Part shown: in pieces, positions 22,974-33,033 of the stretch
Numbering within the stretch: position 1 is the first letter of the stretch
How the letters are laid out: every line of letters begins with the position of its first letter
Assembly (NCBI GenBank): GCA_000002445.1
Contig: CP000069.1
Coordinates: 1,344,001-1,408,000, forward strand
DNA length: 64,000 nucleotides
Direction: 5' to 3'
From: Trypanosoma brucei
Taxonomy: Eukaryota
The notes under the pieces: generated by a model
What the model was told of the DNA's origin: nothing
What the model saw: only the letters and a program-made list of their open reading frames with translations
The model's database searches: none
Position numbers and translations under genes: made by a program

Positions 22974-23565
22974 GCATACCCAACGTGCAATATATCTGGC
23001 TGTACGCACTGGGTTGAAACTGTTTTCGGCGAGAAGAGTTCTTATTTGAGTCAGTGGTTCGCACTTTACTAACTAATATATTCCCCCCCCTTTCGTAATA
23101 CAACACATATATATATAGACATATGTTTATATATATATACACATATCTATTTATTTATTTATTCATGTACTTATCGCGCGCTGAGCGTTACATTGTAAAG
23201 TAGGCGTGGGATACTGCATAAACATGTAGCCCTGCCAAAAAAGTAATCAGTAATAATAGGCGAGAGGAATGGAATATAACACGTTTATTTAATATTTTGA
23301 ATCAGCTGATGAATAATACCGCATTTTGAATACCCTCGCATTTATTTATTTTTTTTTTCACCTATTTATCTTACAAATGGCAAAAGCATATTGGCTAGTG
23401 ACGGCGAAGGGAGCAGCGCGCATTGACCCGTCGACCTTTCCTCAAGTTCATACACATAAATAAATAAACATATTCATCTATATCTGTATAGGCATATAGA
23501 TATTCTACATTTATTATATATAGAGTAGCGTCGACAAGGCGTGTAAAGGGGCCGTACCTAGTCTA

Positions 23566-25737
23566 ATGCCCCGACCCGACAGAAGAGCAAAATATGGGAG
23601 GAGAGCGCAAAATAAAATAACAACGGGGGGTGGCGGTGCAAAGAGAAAGTCGAAACCCATAGCGCCACACGTTGAAAAAGATGGTATTGACATTAATGCA
23701 CTGTTGGAGGAAATCGAGCGTAACGACTCGCCGGCCGAGGAGAAGGTGCCCAAAGAGACCACGAAAAAATCGCGGAGGAGGCGCAAAGCCGAAAAAGTAG
23801 AAGGTCTTGCGGTAAAACCCGGAACCACAGTCGCGCAAGCCCGAATGCTAGCAAGTAAAATGCAGCAAAGGCACTCCGCTTCCACGAATGGGCCCAGTCA
23901 GCCTGCCCATCAGAGATCAGAAGAGGACGAAGATGAGGACGACGATGATGAGGAACAGGACGGTAGCGGTGAGGACTACAGCGATATAGCAAATGAGCGA
24001 CCGAGTGAATATCGTAAGGGAGGCTACCACCCAGTCGTGGTGGGCGAAGTTTACAATCAACGCTATCGAGTTGTGCGTAAACTCGGATGGGGTTACTTCT
24101 CCACTGTGTGGCTCGTTTGGGATTATGTGGAGAAAGTGTTTCAAGCTATGAAGGTGCAGAAGTCGGCCAAGCACTACACAGAAGCGGCGTATGACGAGAT
24201 CAAACTACTCGGAGAGATCATGACTGCAGATCCAGAAAAAGTCCGTCGGTGTGCGCGGTTAAATGATCACTTTGAGCAGCAGGGGCCGAACGGAAAGCAC
24301 GTTTGCATGGTGTTCGACGTCTATGGGGAGGATCTACTTTCATTGATCGAACGCTATAAGTACCATGGTGTCCCGCTGCCGATAGTTAAGTGTATTTCCA
24401 GACAAATCCTCATAGGGTTGGAACATGTGCATTCTTTGGATATCATTCATACGGATCTAAAACCAGAGAACGTGCTACTCTCGGCACCAAAACACGCCAT
24501 CGTATCCCAAATGAAACGTTTTAAGCCTCCTCCGCTCCACGACCGACCGTCTTTGGTGAAACGCGACCCCAAAACAATGACCAAGTCTCAACGCCGTCGC
24601 TACTACAAAAAACTTCGCGCTGCGGGAAAGGGTAAGGACAGTGCCGAGGGGAATGAAGAGCAGAATGATGATGAGGACATTGCAAGGGAGGTCCACGTCG
24701 ACCCTAACGAGGCTGCACCGCAACAAAGTGAGAAAGAACCGTTGAGCGAAACGGATTCTGAGTGGGAAGTTGAACGCCTTCATCATGTAGTGCTGGCGGA
24801 TTTTGGTAATAGCTGCTGGACGTACAGACAGTTTACGGATGAAGTTCAAACTCGTCAATACCGTTCCCCAGAAGTCATATTGGGTTATCCTTACTCCACC
24901 TCAATTGATTTGTGGTCTGCCGCCTGTATGATCTTCGAGCTGATCACGGGTGAGTTTCTGTTTGACCCACGAAAGGGATCTGACTATTCCCGTGATGAAG
25001 ATCATTTAGCTTTGATCTCTGAGTTACTTGGAGTACTACCGGTAAGTATGCGGCTAGGTGATGGGAAGTACCGCGCTCAGTACTACAACTCACGGGGTGA
25101 ACTTCGTAGCATAAAGGATCTTAATTTCTGGGGCTTGGAGGATGTTCTCTACCGAAAACACAAGTTCACACGCAAAAAAGCGAAAGAAATAGCGGAGTTC
25201 CTTTTACCAATGCTCGAATTGGAACCTCATAATCGAGCAACAGCCACCGATATGCTTAATAATTTTCAGCACTTTTTTGAGGTACAAGAGGATGATTACG
25301 CACCACTTTGCTTCGTACCTTCTTCGGATGATCACCGTGGTGGGGAGCGGAGCTCAGGAAATATGGAGGAGTCAGAGTTCAGCGATACCTTTGAAGAAAC
25401 CGATGACTACGATCGCTCCCGAAGACTCGACAGAACGTATGATGCAATGGAAGATTCTCTGAGCAGGCAGGACGAGGAGACTGCACGGTATTTGGCTGGT
25501 CATTCCCTGCTCAACGAGGCATCCTTGGCAAAACGTGGGTTAACAATTTTAGATATTCAAGCCGTTCTATCCGGGCAACAACTGGAGGATGAGGAAAGGC
25601 AAGCTGCTGCCACTGAAATTATTCGTCTTCTCTCAGAGGAAGCGGATGACAGCAGCGATGGACACTGCGCAGACAGGGAAGACGGGGATTCAAACTCATC
25701 TGTAGATGAATCTGACAGCAGCTGCACTAATGACTAA
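23566..25737 (+). CDS. Serine/arginine-rich protein-specific kinase (SRPK) family protein kinase.
   Basis: YHPVVVGEVYNQRYRVVRKLGWGYFSTVWL (the SRPK-type glycine loop), HTDLKPENVLL and DFGNSCW, with the kinase core split by a ~150-aa acidic/basic spacer between subdomains VIb and VII. A bipartite core of this kind is characteristic of SRPKs. The N- and C-termini are acidic and low-complexity. Confidence 0.8.
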   Translation: MPRPDRRAKYGRRAQNKITTGGGGAKRKSKPIAPHVEKDGIDINALLEEIERNDSPAEEKVPKETTKKSRRRRKAEKVEGLAVKPGTTVAQARMLASKMQQRHSASTNGPSQPAHQRSEEDEDEDDDDEEQDGSGEDYSDIANERPSEYRKGGYHPVVVGEVYNQRYRVVRKLGWGYFSTVWLVWDYVEKVFQAMKVQKSAKHYTEAAYDEIKLLGEIMTADPEKVRRCARLNDHFEQQGPNGKHVCMVFDVYGEDLLSLIERYKYHGVPLPIVKCISRQILIGLEHVHSLDIIHTDLKPENVLLSAPKHAIVSQMKRFKPPPLHDRPSLVKRDPKTMTKSQRRRYYKKLRAAGKGKDSAEGNEEQNDDEDIAREVHVDPNEAAPQQSEKEPLSETDSEWEVERLHHVVLADFGNSCWTYRQFTDEVQTRQYRSPEVILGYPYSTSIDLWSAACMIFELITGEFLFDPRKGSDYSRDEDHLALISELLGVLPVSMRLGDGKYRAQYYNSRGELRSIKDLNFWGLEDVLYRKHKFTRKKAKEIAEFLLPMLELEPHNRATATDMLNNFQHFFEVQEDDYAPLCFVPSSDDHRGGERSSGNMEESEFSDTFEETDDYDRSRRLDRTYDAMEDSLSRQDEETARYLAGHSLLNEASLAKRGLTILDIQAVLSGQQLEDEERQAAATEIIRLLSEEADDSSDGHCADREDGDSNSSVDESDSSCTND

Positions 25738-26238
25738 AATAAGGATCGGCAACAAAAAACATACACACGTACATATATATATATATATACTTTTCCAACA
25801 TACGTTATTGGGCTGCGGATCGTGAATAACAGTGAGGGAGATAGCATGAAGGTGTTATGAGGTGTGAAACAAATTTTATGTTGGAGCGCAACACGGCGCT
25901 TCTCAGGATTTGTCCACATTAATATTATTGACGATGTTGTTATTCCCCTTCCAGAGGTTTTCTCGTTTTTAACTTGTGGCCAGTCACAAATTAATCTTCC
26001 AAGGCGCTTTACGGTACCCTGTAGGGGGACCGAATGTGACATCCATATCCCGCAAAATAAGTTCTTTGTTGTCTTGCATGGATGCGCATGCCTCTAAATT
26101 TGTTACTCGTCCGATTAAGAGAGGGAGAGAGGGTGGTATACCATTGGTGTCGGGCGTTTTGACATTGCTTCTTTTTTTTTTTTTTTAAGATTCTTTCCCT
26201 TTCCCTTTTTTTTATTAACGGTTCAGTGTTTCAAAGGT

Positions 26239-26673
26239 ATGTCCAAGAAACAAGAGGTGAAGTACTACGGCTCCAGCGCGGGGAAGGACCAGCTGGTTTA
26301 TGGCGTTGTGCACATCTATGCATCCTTCAACGACACCTTCGTTCATGTCACTGACATGTCTGGTCGTGAAACATTCTGCAAGGTGACAGGAGGTATGAAG
26401 GTAAAAGCAGATCGCGATGAAAGCTCACCATACGCTGCGATGATGGCTGCTCAGGATGTTGTTGCCCGTTGCAAGGAGTGCGGCATTAACGCTCTGCACG
26501 TGAAGATGCGCGCCACTGGTGGTGTTGGCACTAAAAGCCCCGGGCCTGGCGCTCAGGCCGCCCTCCGTGCACTCGCCCGTGCAGGCATGAAGATTGGCCG
26601 CATTGAAGACGTCACACCGGTGCCAACGGACTCCACTCGCCGCAAAGGTTCCCGTCGTGGCCGCCGCTTGTAG
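26239..26673 (+). CDS. RPS14: 40S ribosomal protein S14 (uS11).
   Basis: The 144-aa product is nearly collinear with human RPS14 ([15 protein letters not shown]...[18 protein letters not shown]...[38 protein letters not shown]). Confidence 0.95.
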   Translation: MSKKQEVKYYGSSAGKDQLVYGVVHIYASFNDTFVHVTDMSGRETFCKVTGGMKVKADRDESSPYAAMMAAQDVVARCKECGINALHVKMRATGGVGTKSPGPGAQAALRALARAGMKIGRIEDVTPVPTDSTRRKGSRRGRRL

Positions 26674-26981
26674 ACATACGGAACACAAAACCACACCAGT
26701 GGCTATTTTTGTTTTGTTTTAGTGGTAATTTGCCGCGAACTGATAATTTTATAGTGAGAATTTTCTTTCCGTGTCGTTATTCACGGTGTTGGCGCGACAC
26801 ATTTTGAACCTGGAGCTGGTGAAGAAGAAGGAGCAGTACTCCCCTGCTCTTCACCAGCTCTTGCAGTGTGACTTGTTTTGTTTTACACCGAAATCGCTTC
26901 TTCTCTTTCTTTCTTTCTTGCCCAACGCCCTTTCTCCTCGTCGATCCGATAACAAAAAGGAAAGGAAAGGGTTCGTCATTC

Positions 26982-27530
26982 ATGTTTCGCACGTTCGGTC
27001 GGCGGCTTGTATCCTGCACGCTTCCCCTACTTCAATCGGCACCTCATGATCTGCCAGAGGGATTTGAGTTTATGGAGCACAAGGTTGTAAACAAGGACAT
27101 TCATGCTCCGCATGAAAATCTTGAAACCCTCCGGTTAACTCTTACCCGCCAGGACGAATTCCTTTTGCGTGAAGAGCCCGTCAAGTGCGTAACTGTAACG
27201 GGAACCAACGGCGAATACGGTATCTATCCCGGGCACGCGTATAAAATTGTTCAGCTTAACCCCTCTCCTCTCACAGTGGAGTACACGGATGGGACCACAA
27301 AGAAGTACTTTGTTAGCGGTGGATTTGCGCACATAAACAATGAGGGATCGTGTGATGTCAACACTGTGGAATGCACTCTGCTGGATGATTTGGACCTTGC
27401 CATCGCTGAAAAGGAGCTTGCGGCACAACAGGCAGCGTTAGGGTCGGCGAAAGATGACAAGGCGAAGTCTGTTGTTGAAATTCGCATATCTGTCATTGAG
27501 GCTGTTATTGCTGCCCTAAAACACCACTAG
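26982..27530 (+). CDS. Mitochondrial F1 ATP synthase delta subunit (homologue of bacterial epsilon), with an N-terminal presequence.
   Basis: VKCVTVTGTNGEYGIYPGHAYKIVQLNPSPLTVEYTDG...YFVSGGFAHIN contains the G-x-x-G-I-x-P-G-H motif and the beta-sandwich plus C-terminal helix layout of ATP synthase epsilon/delta. The track ORF starts at 26868 in low-complexity pyrimidine sequence; the first plausible ATG is 26982 (MFRTFGRRLVSC, presequence-like). Confidence 0.7.
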   Translation: MFRTFGRRLVSCTLPLLQSAPHDLPEGFEFMEHKVVNKDIHAPHENLETLRLTLTRQDEFLLREEPVKCVTVTGTNGEYGIYPGHAYKIVQLNPSPLTVEYTDGTTKKYFVSGGFAHINNEGSCDVNTVECTLLDDLDLAIAEKELAAQQAALGSAKDDKAKSVVEIRISVIEAVIAALKHH

Positions 27531-28089
27531 TAAAAGGCTGCAAACAGGAGGAGTGGGACAAGAAAAAGAAATGAGGGACTGACCGTAGTTTGCGAGCTTT
27601 AGTTTATTGCATGTCTCTTGTTGTAGCGTTTCAGTAGCGGAGGAATTGGAGATAGCGGTATGGGGTAAAGTACCACTTATCACTATCGTGAATTGTTTAT
27701 ATCTCTATCTGCCTCCTCCTTTCTCTCTCTCTCTCTCTTTGTGGGCGCGGTGTCCTTTTCTGTGCTGCTCGACATGTATTGATACACTTAAGCTTAGGTT
27801 TCGTTCTTACTCTTCTCCCATTTTTTCTTTTTTCTTTTTTCCTTTTCCTTTTTTTTTTGCCTTCCCTTCAAACTCTTTTCTTTCGTCGTCTTTTCCCCCG
27901 CCCCCTCCTTACAAATTCCCATATTATTATGCACCACCTTTTGCCAGAACACTGTGAGGGATTCTGAGTAGGGAGGCACAGTAAAGAGGCAAAGTCTGAG
28001 TGCAAAAAAAAAAAAGAGGGGCGTGGGGCTGGTGGGCGAAATTATTGTTGTTGTTTCTTGAGGACCGTTTTTGTCTATTTTTTTTCATA

Positions 28090-29274
28090 ATGGAACAACA
28101 AACCATATCATTGCACTACCAGCGTATGGAGGAATGGTTGATTGACAGAAGGGCTGTGCTTGGCAAAAAGTACAAGAAGGAGTATGCTCGGTTGTTAGAG
28201 TTGGCACCTACATTAGTTCAATTAGTCAAATATGATATACCCGCTCAGCAGCGACGGCAGCAAAAAATTTCCTCCGCAGTTGATGATACCCACAGAGCCA
28301 TTGAGGAGGCTACCAAAAGTGCCCTGAAGTTTGAGGAAAAACGGACGAGGATGATTGAGGAGTACGATCTCCACAGAGGCGGCGATGTGAATGTGGAGAC
28401 GAACCTTGAAGGGGCCGTGGACGCAAGAATTGCCTCTAGCATAACTGCTTTAAGTGGTGTACTGAGAGAATTGGGAAGTAGCCATTATCTTGCAATGTTC
28501 CGCGGTGTTTATGACGATTTTCTATCAAAGTATTCTTCAGGGATGTATGGGGGAGGTGCGTTTTCGCAGCACTTTCCGTGGTTGGAACGTGTGTTTGAGG
28601 AGCGGTTCCATGCGATTGATGAGGTAACCAACCGGAGTCAAGAGGGGGTTGCAGCTGCAACGGAACAACAAAGTAACGAAGTTGGGTGTGTTATTGATTG
28701 GGGTGATGTGGGAACCTCTGAACCAATTGATGTTGGCGCAGTAGTGGAGATAAAATGGGAAAACGATGTCGTTGCGAACTGCACTAATGACGATGAGGAG
28801 TGTTTGCCACCTGCAGTAGCGGAGGGAGTAGCAACTGTTTCGGTAGCTAACGCAGTGCATAGGAAGAATATATTGGCAGAACTCCAGGCAATGCGGTGCT
28901 TTGCATCCGAAAGGGCGAATGCAGGTGACAACTCTCTTGATGAGTGTCACGAGCCAGTACTTGCTGTTGAAAAACAACTGACGACTTCTACGGAAGCCTT
29001 TTTTGTCCGTATGCACACAAGCCAAACGGCTCGAGTAGCGTTTATTGACGAAATACAGAGATTTCGTCGGGCTGCAACAGCGGCTGTGACACGTAAGGCT
29101 AGTAGTGAAGCGCGGCTGCAGCAGGTGCTGGAGGAATTACAAGAAATGGAGCCCCATTTGGAAGTATTACTGCAATCTGCACGGGCCTGCCGTGATGAAT
29201 GCCTTGTGGAACTTTCAAAGATGTTTCCCGGCCAGCGCGTCGTAATGGTGGGCGATATCAACAAATTTTTGTGA
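28090..29274 (+). CDS. Hypothetical protein of 394 aa; no domain recognised.
   Basis: A long ORF with coding-like composition and an upstream pyrimidine tract. The track ORF begins at 28000 in low complexity; the first ATG preceded by a splice-signal-like tract is 28090 (MEQQTISLHYQ). Confidence 0.5.
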   Translation: MEQQTISLHYQRMEEWLIDRRAVLGKKYKKEYARLLELAPTLVQLVKYDIPAQQRRQQKISSAVDDTHRAIEEATKSALKFEEKRTRMIEEYDLHRGGDVNVETNLEGAVDARIASSITALSGVLRELGSSHYLAMFRGVYDDFLSKYSSGMYGGGAFSQHFPWLERVFEERFHAIDEVTNRSQEGVAAATEQQSNEVGCVIDWGDVGTSEPIDVGAVVEIKWENDVVANCTNDDEECLPPAVAEGVATVSVANAVHRKNILAELQAMRCFASERANAGDNSLDECHEPVLAVEKQLTTSTEAFFVRMHTSQTARVAFIDEIQRFRRAATAAVTRKASSEARLQQVLEELQEMEPHLEVLLQSARACRDECLVELSKMFPGQRVVMVGDINKFL

Positions 29275-29761
29275 AGCGTTTGTGGTTGTGGCCGAACTCC
29301 AAATTTCAGGGAATCGTTTGATGAGTGATGTCCATAAAGATGTGTCCGCATTTTGGGGGTTTGGGGCTAGGGTTATCGTGGCCAGTTTTTTTTTCCTTTT
29401 TTGCTCTTTTCCGTGTATTTTTCCTATTTTTAATTTTTTTTTTGGAAAAATAGGAGATGTGCGAAGAACTGAAGGAAAAGAAACAGCGATGGTCAATGGA
29501 AAGAAGGAGAGTTAACGCCCCTCCTCCCCAATATGTCTTTGCTCACGCTGGCCGGTTTCGTTGTAATTTCTTGTTAAATAAACAAAAAATTTTTTTCCTT
29601 CACTTCCGCATGTGTTAAGTAATCCAACCATCCATCCATCCATATATATATATATACCTGTACACATTTTTTTTCTTCATTCTTGCTGTTATTGTTGTTC
29701 TTTATTTTAAATTTTGTATGCGTGATCAGCTAGCTTGAGTGGAAGTCAAGAGTGCTGAAAG

Positions 29762-30916
29762 ATGGAACATTCGCGTCGGAAGGAGGAATCGCCTGTTTGG
29801 CTGAACTCTAGCATTCATGTGTGGAAGACAAAAAATGACATAAATGTCGTTAACCTTCGCGATGCGTCTGAGCATCTTCCAGCGCTCCCTTCAGCTCGTG
29901 CGGAGGAGAGGCCTCCAGGCAACGGTGGTCACCGAACCAGCATGGAGCGCACTGGTGAAAACAACGAAAGAACAACGGAACCAACGAAGCAGGAAACTTT
30001 AAATGAGATTCTCGCCCTCATGCACCGTGCTTCTGATCAGACTCGCGGGTCATCCAAAGGTACAACTGCAGACTCAAATCTTTCCACAAATGCTGGTGGA
30101 AAAGGTCCCGTGACCGATTCAGAGGGGAAGGCATCACTTTTCCCAGAACCCAAAACATCAGGTATTGTGGACGTTGAATTTGTTCAGGGCGTTAATTTAC
30201 CAGGGGGTAAAAATGTGTCCCCTCCACTTCATACGCAGCCACCTCGCGACAGTATGCAAACGGTTGCTCTGTTTCATGATCCTGTTTGGGGAGCAGCTGC
30301 CGTGTCGAGTGGCGCGGATGTTTTTGACACCGGGAGTGAGAGTCAGGGGAGCGCGGTTACGAGTTTGCAAGTGGAAAATGTGTCGGGACGATACAGCAAA
30401 GGCGATGTGAACCCCCCATTGATGCCCGCACCGGCGGCGCCCGTAACAATGATAGCGCCATCGGCACCCCTTTCATATAAGGTTCCGGGGAATGTAAACG
30501 AGACGATGTTTACACCGCAGGCGCAACCGGTTGCGATGACATCATCACCGTCACAATTAGGTTACCCGCAAAACATCGGTTTGAGTACTGCAGGATGGGC
30601 GGGTGCTGCACCTCATCCCACAGGTGTTGCGATGCGTCCGGTTCAGTTTGTTAGTGTGCCTGTTCCTGTAATGGCGCACAATGCAGTGATGGCTGTACCG
30701 CAACCTTACCGCATGCCTTATTCTGTTTATCAAATGCAACCCCAAGCACCGCATCCTGCCCAGTTGCAGCATCAACCTGTCGTGTATCATACGTCCCCTG
30801 GCCAGGAGCTACATCATATTCATCAACAGAAAGTTTTAGCTCCTCAGGATGCCACGCCGCGTCCGGGAACCAACATTGGGGCAACGCCATTTGTTCCAGG
30901 AGGGAAGAGTGTTTAA
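29762..30916 (+). CDS. Hypothetical Pro/Gln/Ala-rich low-complexity protein of 384 aa, with a possible PAM2-like motif at its extreme C-terminus.
   Basis: The ATG at 29762 is preceded by a T-rich tract. The C-terminal half is P/Q/A/V-rich (PQPYRMPYSVYQMQPQAPHPAQLQHQP). The last 15 residues, TNIGATPFVPGGKSV, fit x-N-x-x-A-x-x-F-x-P. Confidence 0.5.
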   Translation: MEHSRRKEESPVWLNSSIHVWKTKNDINVVNLRDASEHLPALPSARAEERPPGNGGHRTSMERTGENNERTTEPTKQETLNEILALMHRASDQTRGSSKGTTADSNLSTNAGGKGPVTDSEGKASLFPEPKTSGIVDVEFVQGVNLPGGKNVSPPLHTQPPRDSMQTVALFHDPVWGAAAVSSGADVFDTGSESQGSAVTSLQVENVSGRYSKGDVNPPLMPAPAAPVTMIAPSAPLSYKVPGNVNETMFTPQAQPVAMTSSPSQLGYPQNIGLSTAGWAGAAPHPTGVAMRPVQFVSVPVPVMAHNAVMAVPQPYRMPYSVYQMQPQAPHPAQLQHQPVVYHTSPGQELHHIHQQKVLAPQDATPRPGTNIGATPFVPGGKSV

Positions 30917-30918
30917 GT

Positions 30919-32700
30919 GTGGAACTGCGCGCCATAGTTTGTTGTTCGTTATCAAATGAAGCTCTATATGATGTTTTGTTCTTCGTTTCTTTTACTTTTT
31001 TTCGTTTTTTTTTCTTGTTGTTTTTATGTTTTATGTTTTATGTTTTTTTTCTTCTTTTTTTTATTTTTATTGTTTTTTTTGTTTATTGTGTTTTTTTTTT
31101 ACGTTTTGGTTCTCGCTAGCTTCTTTTTTTTTTTCGTTTTTGCTACCTCCCTTTTTTCTCGCGTTATTGATTTGCTCTCTCTCTCTTTTTTTTTTTTTTG
31201 CAAAGCTATTTATTTTGTTTATTAAACTCTACGGGGGAGAACAGTTTTTTTTTGTTTTATTTTTGTGTGTAACACGGGGTCGTGGGAGAGTTAGGGGGGT
31301 GGGAGGGGACAAAAAAAAAAAGAAAAATGAAATAGAAAAAACCCAAACAAAAAAAAGAACAAAAAGAAGGATAATAATTATAAAAGAAACGCACATACAA
31401 CAACTGTCTTTTGTAGCACGAACAGTGTTACGGCGGCAGTAACAACAACAGCAAAAAAAAAAAAAGCAAATATGCCGCAGGTTTGATGAGGGATTTATGT
31501 TTTGCATGCGGAAGTAATTTGTGTTATGGCGAAGGGCACACCACAACAAAAATACAAAAGCAAAAAACAAAAAACAAAAAACAAAAAACACAAAAACACA
31601 AAAAAAACACGAGCCACGAAACAACAACAACAATAACAACAACAACAACAACGCAGTAAAACAATAAAACAAAACAAAACGAAAAGGAAAGAACACACAT
31701 GCACACATATACATGCAAATACAACAACAAGGAATTTAAAAAAAAAACAAATATTTGAAAAAGAAAAAAGCAAAGTGAAAGTATAAAAAAAAAAGAAAAG
31801 AGACGGAAAGAAGAAGGGGGACACTTGTGTTTGTGTTTGTGTATGTTTATGTTGATGTGTGTGGGAAGGGGAGGGGGAAGTGGCAATGTGAAGTGAAGTG
31901 AAGTGAAGCAATAAATTTTTAAAAGAAAAAGAAAAAAAAAGAAGCAAAAGAAAAAGAAGCAAAAGAAAAGAAAAGAGAAAGCTCGAACCCAATGAATCCA
32001 AAAGAAAGTTCTTTTTTAAAGTTAAACTTAAAGTTAAATATAATAACACCACTAAAACAAACAAACAAACGAATAAACAACAACAACAACAAAAAGAAAG
32101 CAACCGGATGGGGAAATATATATATATATATATACGAAAATGTTCGACAAAAAGAAAAAGAAATAACATTGTTTAATTGTTTGCGTGTGTTTGGTGTACG
32201 TGTGTTCGTTTGTGTGTATGTGTATGCACTGGAGAGTTCGAAAGTGTGTGTTAGGTGTGATAGGGGAATTTCGTTTTCAAAACAAAAACGAACAAACAAA
32301 CAAACTTCTTTTTAATTCCTCAAGGTAGGCAAAACAAAACTAATTTTTTTTAAAAAAAATTAAAAACAATATTCACTACCACTGCACGATAGTGAATATT
32401 GTCTGTCTGTCTGTTTGTTTGTTTGTTTGTGTGTTTTTTTGTGTGTTTGTGCTTGTTTGTACTACCCATTGCTGCTTTACATATATATGTTTGGAGACTC
32501 GCTCTTCCATGTTATCTCGTTTCTTTCCCTTGAATTTGTTGGAGTGGAGTGGGAGGGGGAGAGGAAAAAAAAAAATAAAATAAAAATAAAAACTGTTTGT
32601 TTTTGTTTTTGTTGTTTGTATTTCCGTTTCACTTTTTTCTTCTTTTGTCTGTCTGTGTTCTTATATTTTTAATATTGTTTCATATTGATTTTCATTTTAT
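30919..32700. repeat. ~1.8-kb low-complexity region. The + strand is T-rich at 30950-31260 and A-rich with (AAAAC)n, (AAC)n, (GTGAA)4 and (CAAA)n microsatellites at 31300-32350; an inverted (TTTG/TCTG)n block follows at 32392-32470.
   Basis: Read directly from the sequence. All ORFs the track reports here on both strands are poly-F, poly-L or poly-K translation artefacts. Confidence 0.85.
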
Positions 32701-32973
32701 TGCTCCCGCTCTCCCTACTCTTTTACTCTGTTAGCTCCCATATTCTCCTCAGAACCTGCGTCAAAACTTCACTTTTTTTTTCTTTGCAACTTCTTCTTTT
32801 TTAAAAAAAAATCTCTTTATCTAATGTTCGTTTCATCCACACTAGTAAATATAAGAAAGGAGAGAAAAAACACATATTTGCTTATAATATAAGAAGCATA
32901 CGCACATACATATATATTTATCTATCACAAAAATAGCAATAATAATAATAGCATATATTATTATACATTATAT

Positions 32974-32978
<5 letters not shown>

Positions 32979-33004
<26 letters not shown>
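32979..33004. repeat. (GT)13 microsatellite immediately upstream of the cyclin start codon.
   Basis: ttttgtgtgtgtgtgtgtgtgtgtgtgtgtta. Confidence 0.9.
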
Positions 33005-33008
<4 letters not shown>

Positions 33009-33033
33009 CGTAAAAAAGGATTTCACAAGTTAC

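Noticed and set aside
30919-32315. A dozen ORFs of 66-224 aa on both strands within the low-complexity block (poly-Phe/Leu/Cys on +, poly-Lys/Asn/Gln on the complementary reading).
   Set aside because: They are translations of homopolymer and microsatellite DNA: more than 60 percent of residues are F, L, C or K, there is no start or splice-signal context, and the frames overlap. They are reported as a repeat region instead.
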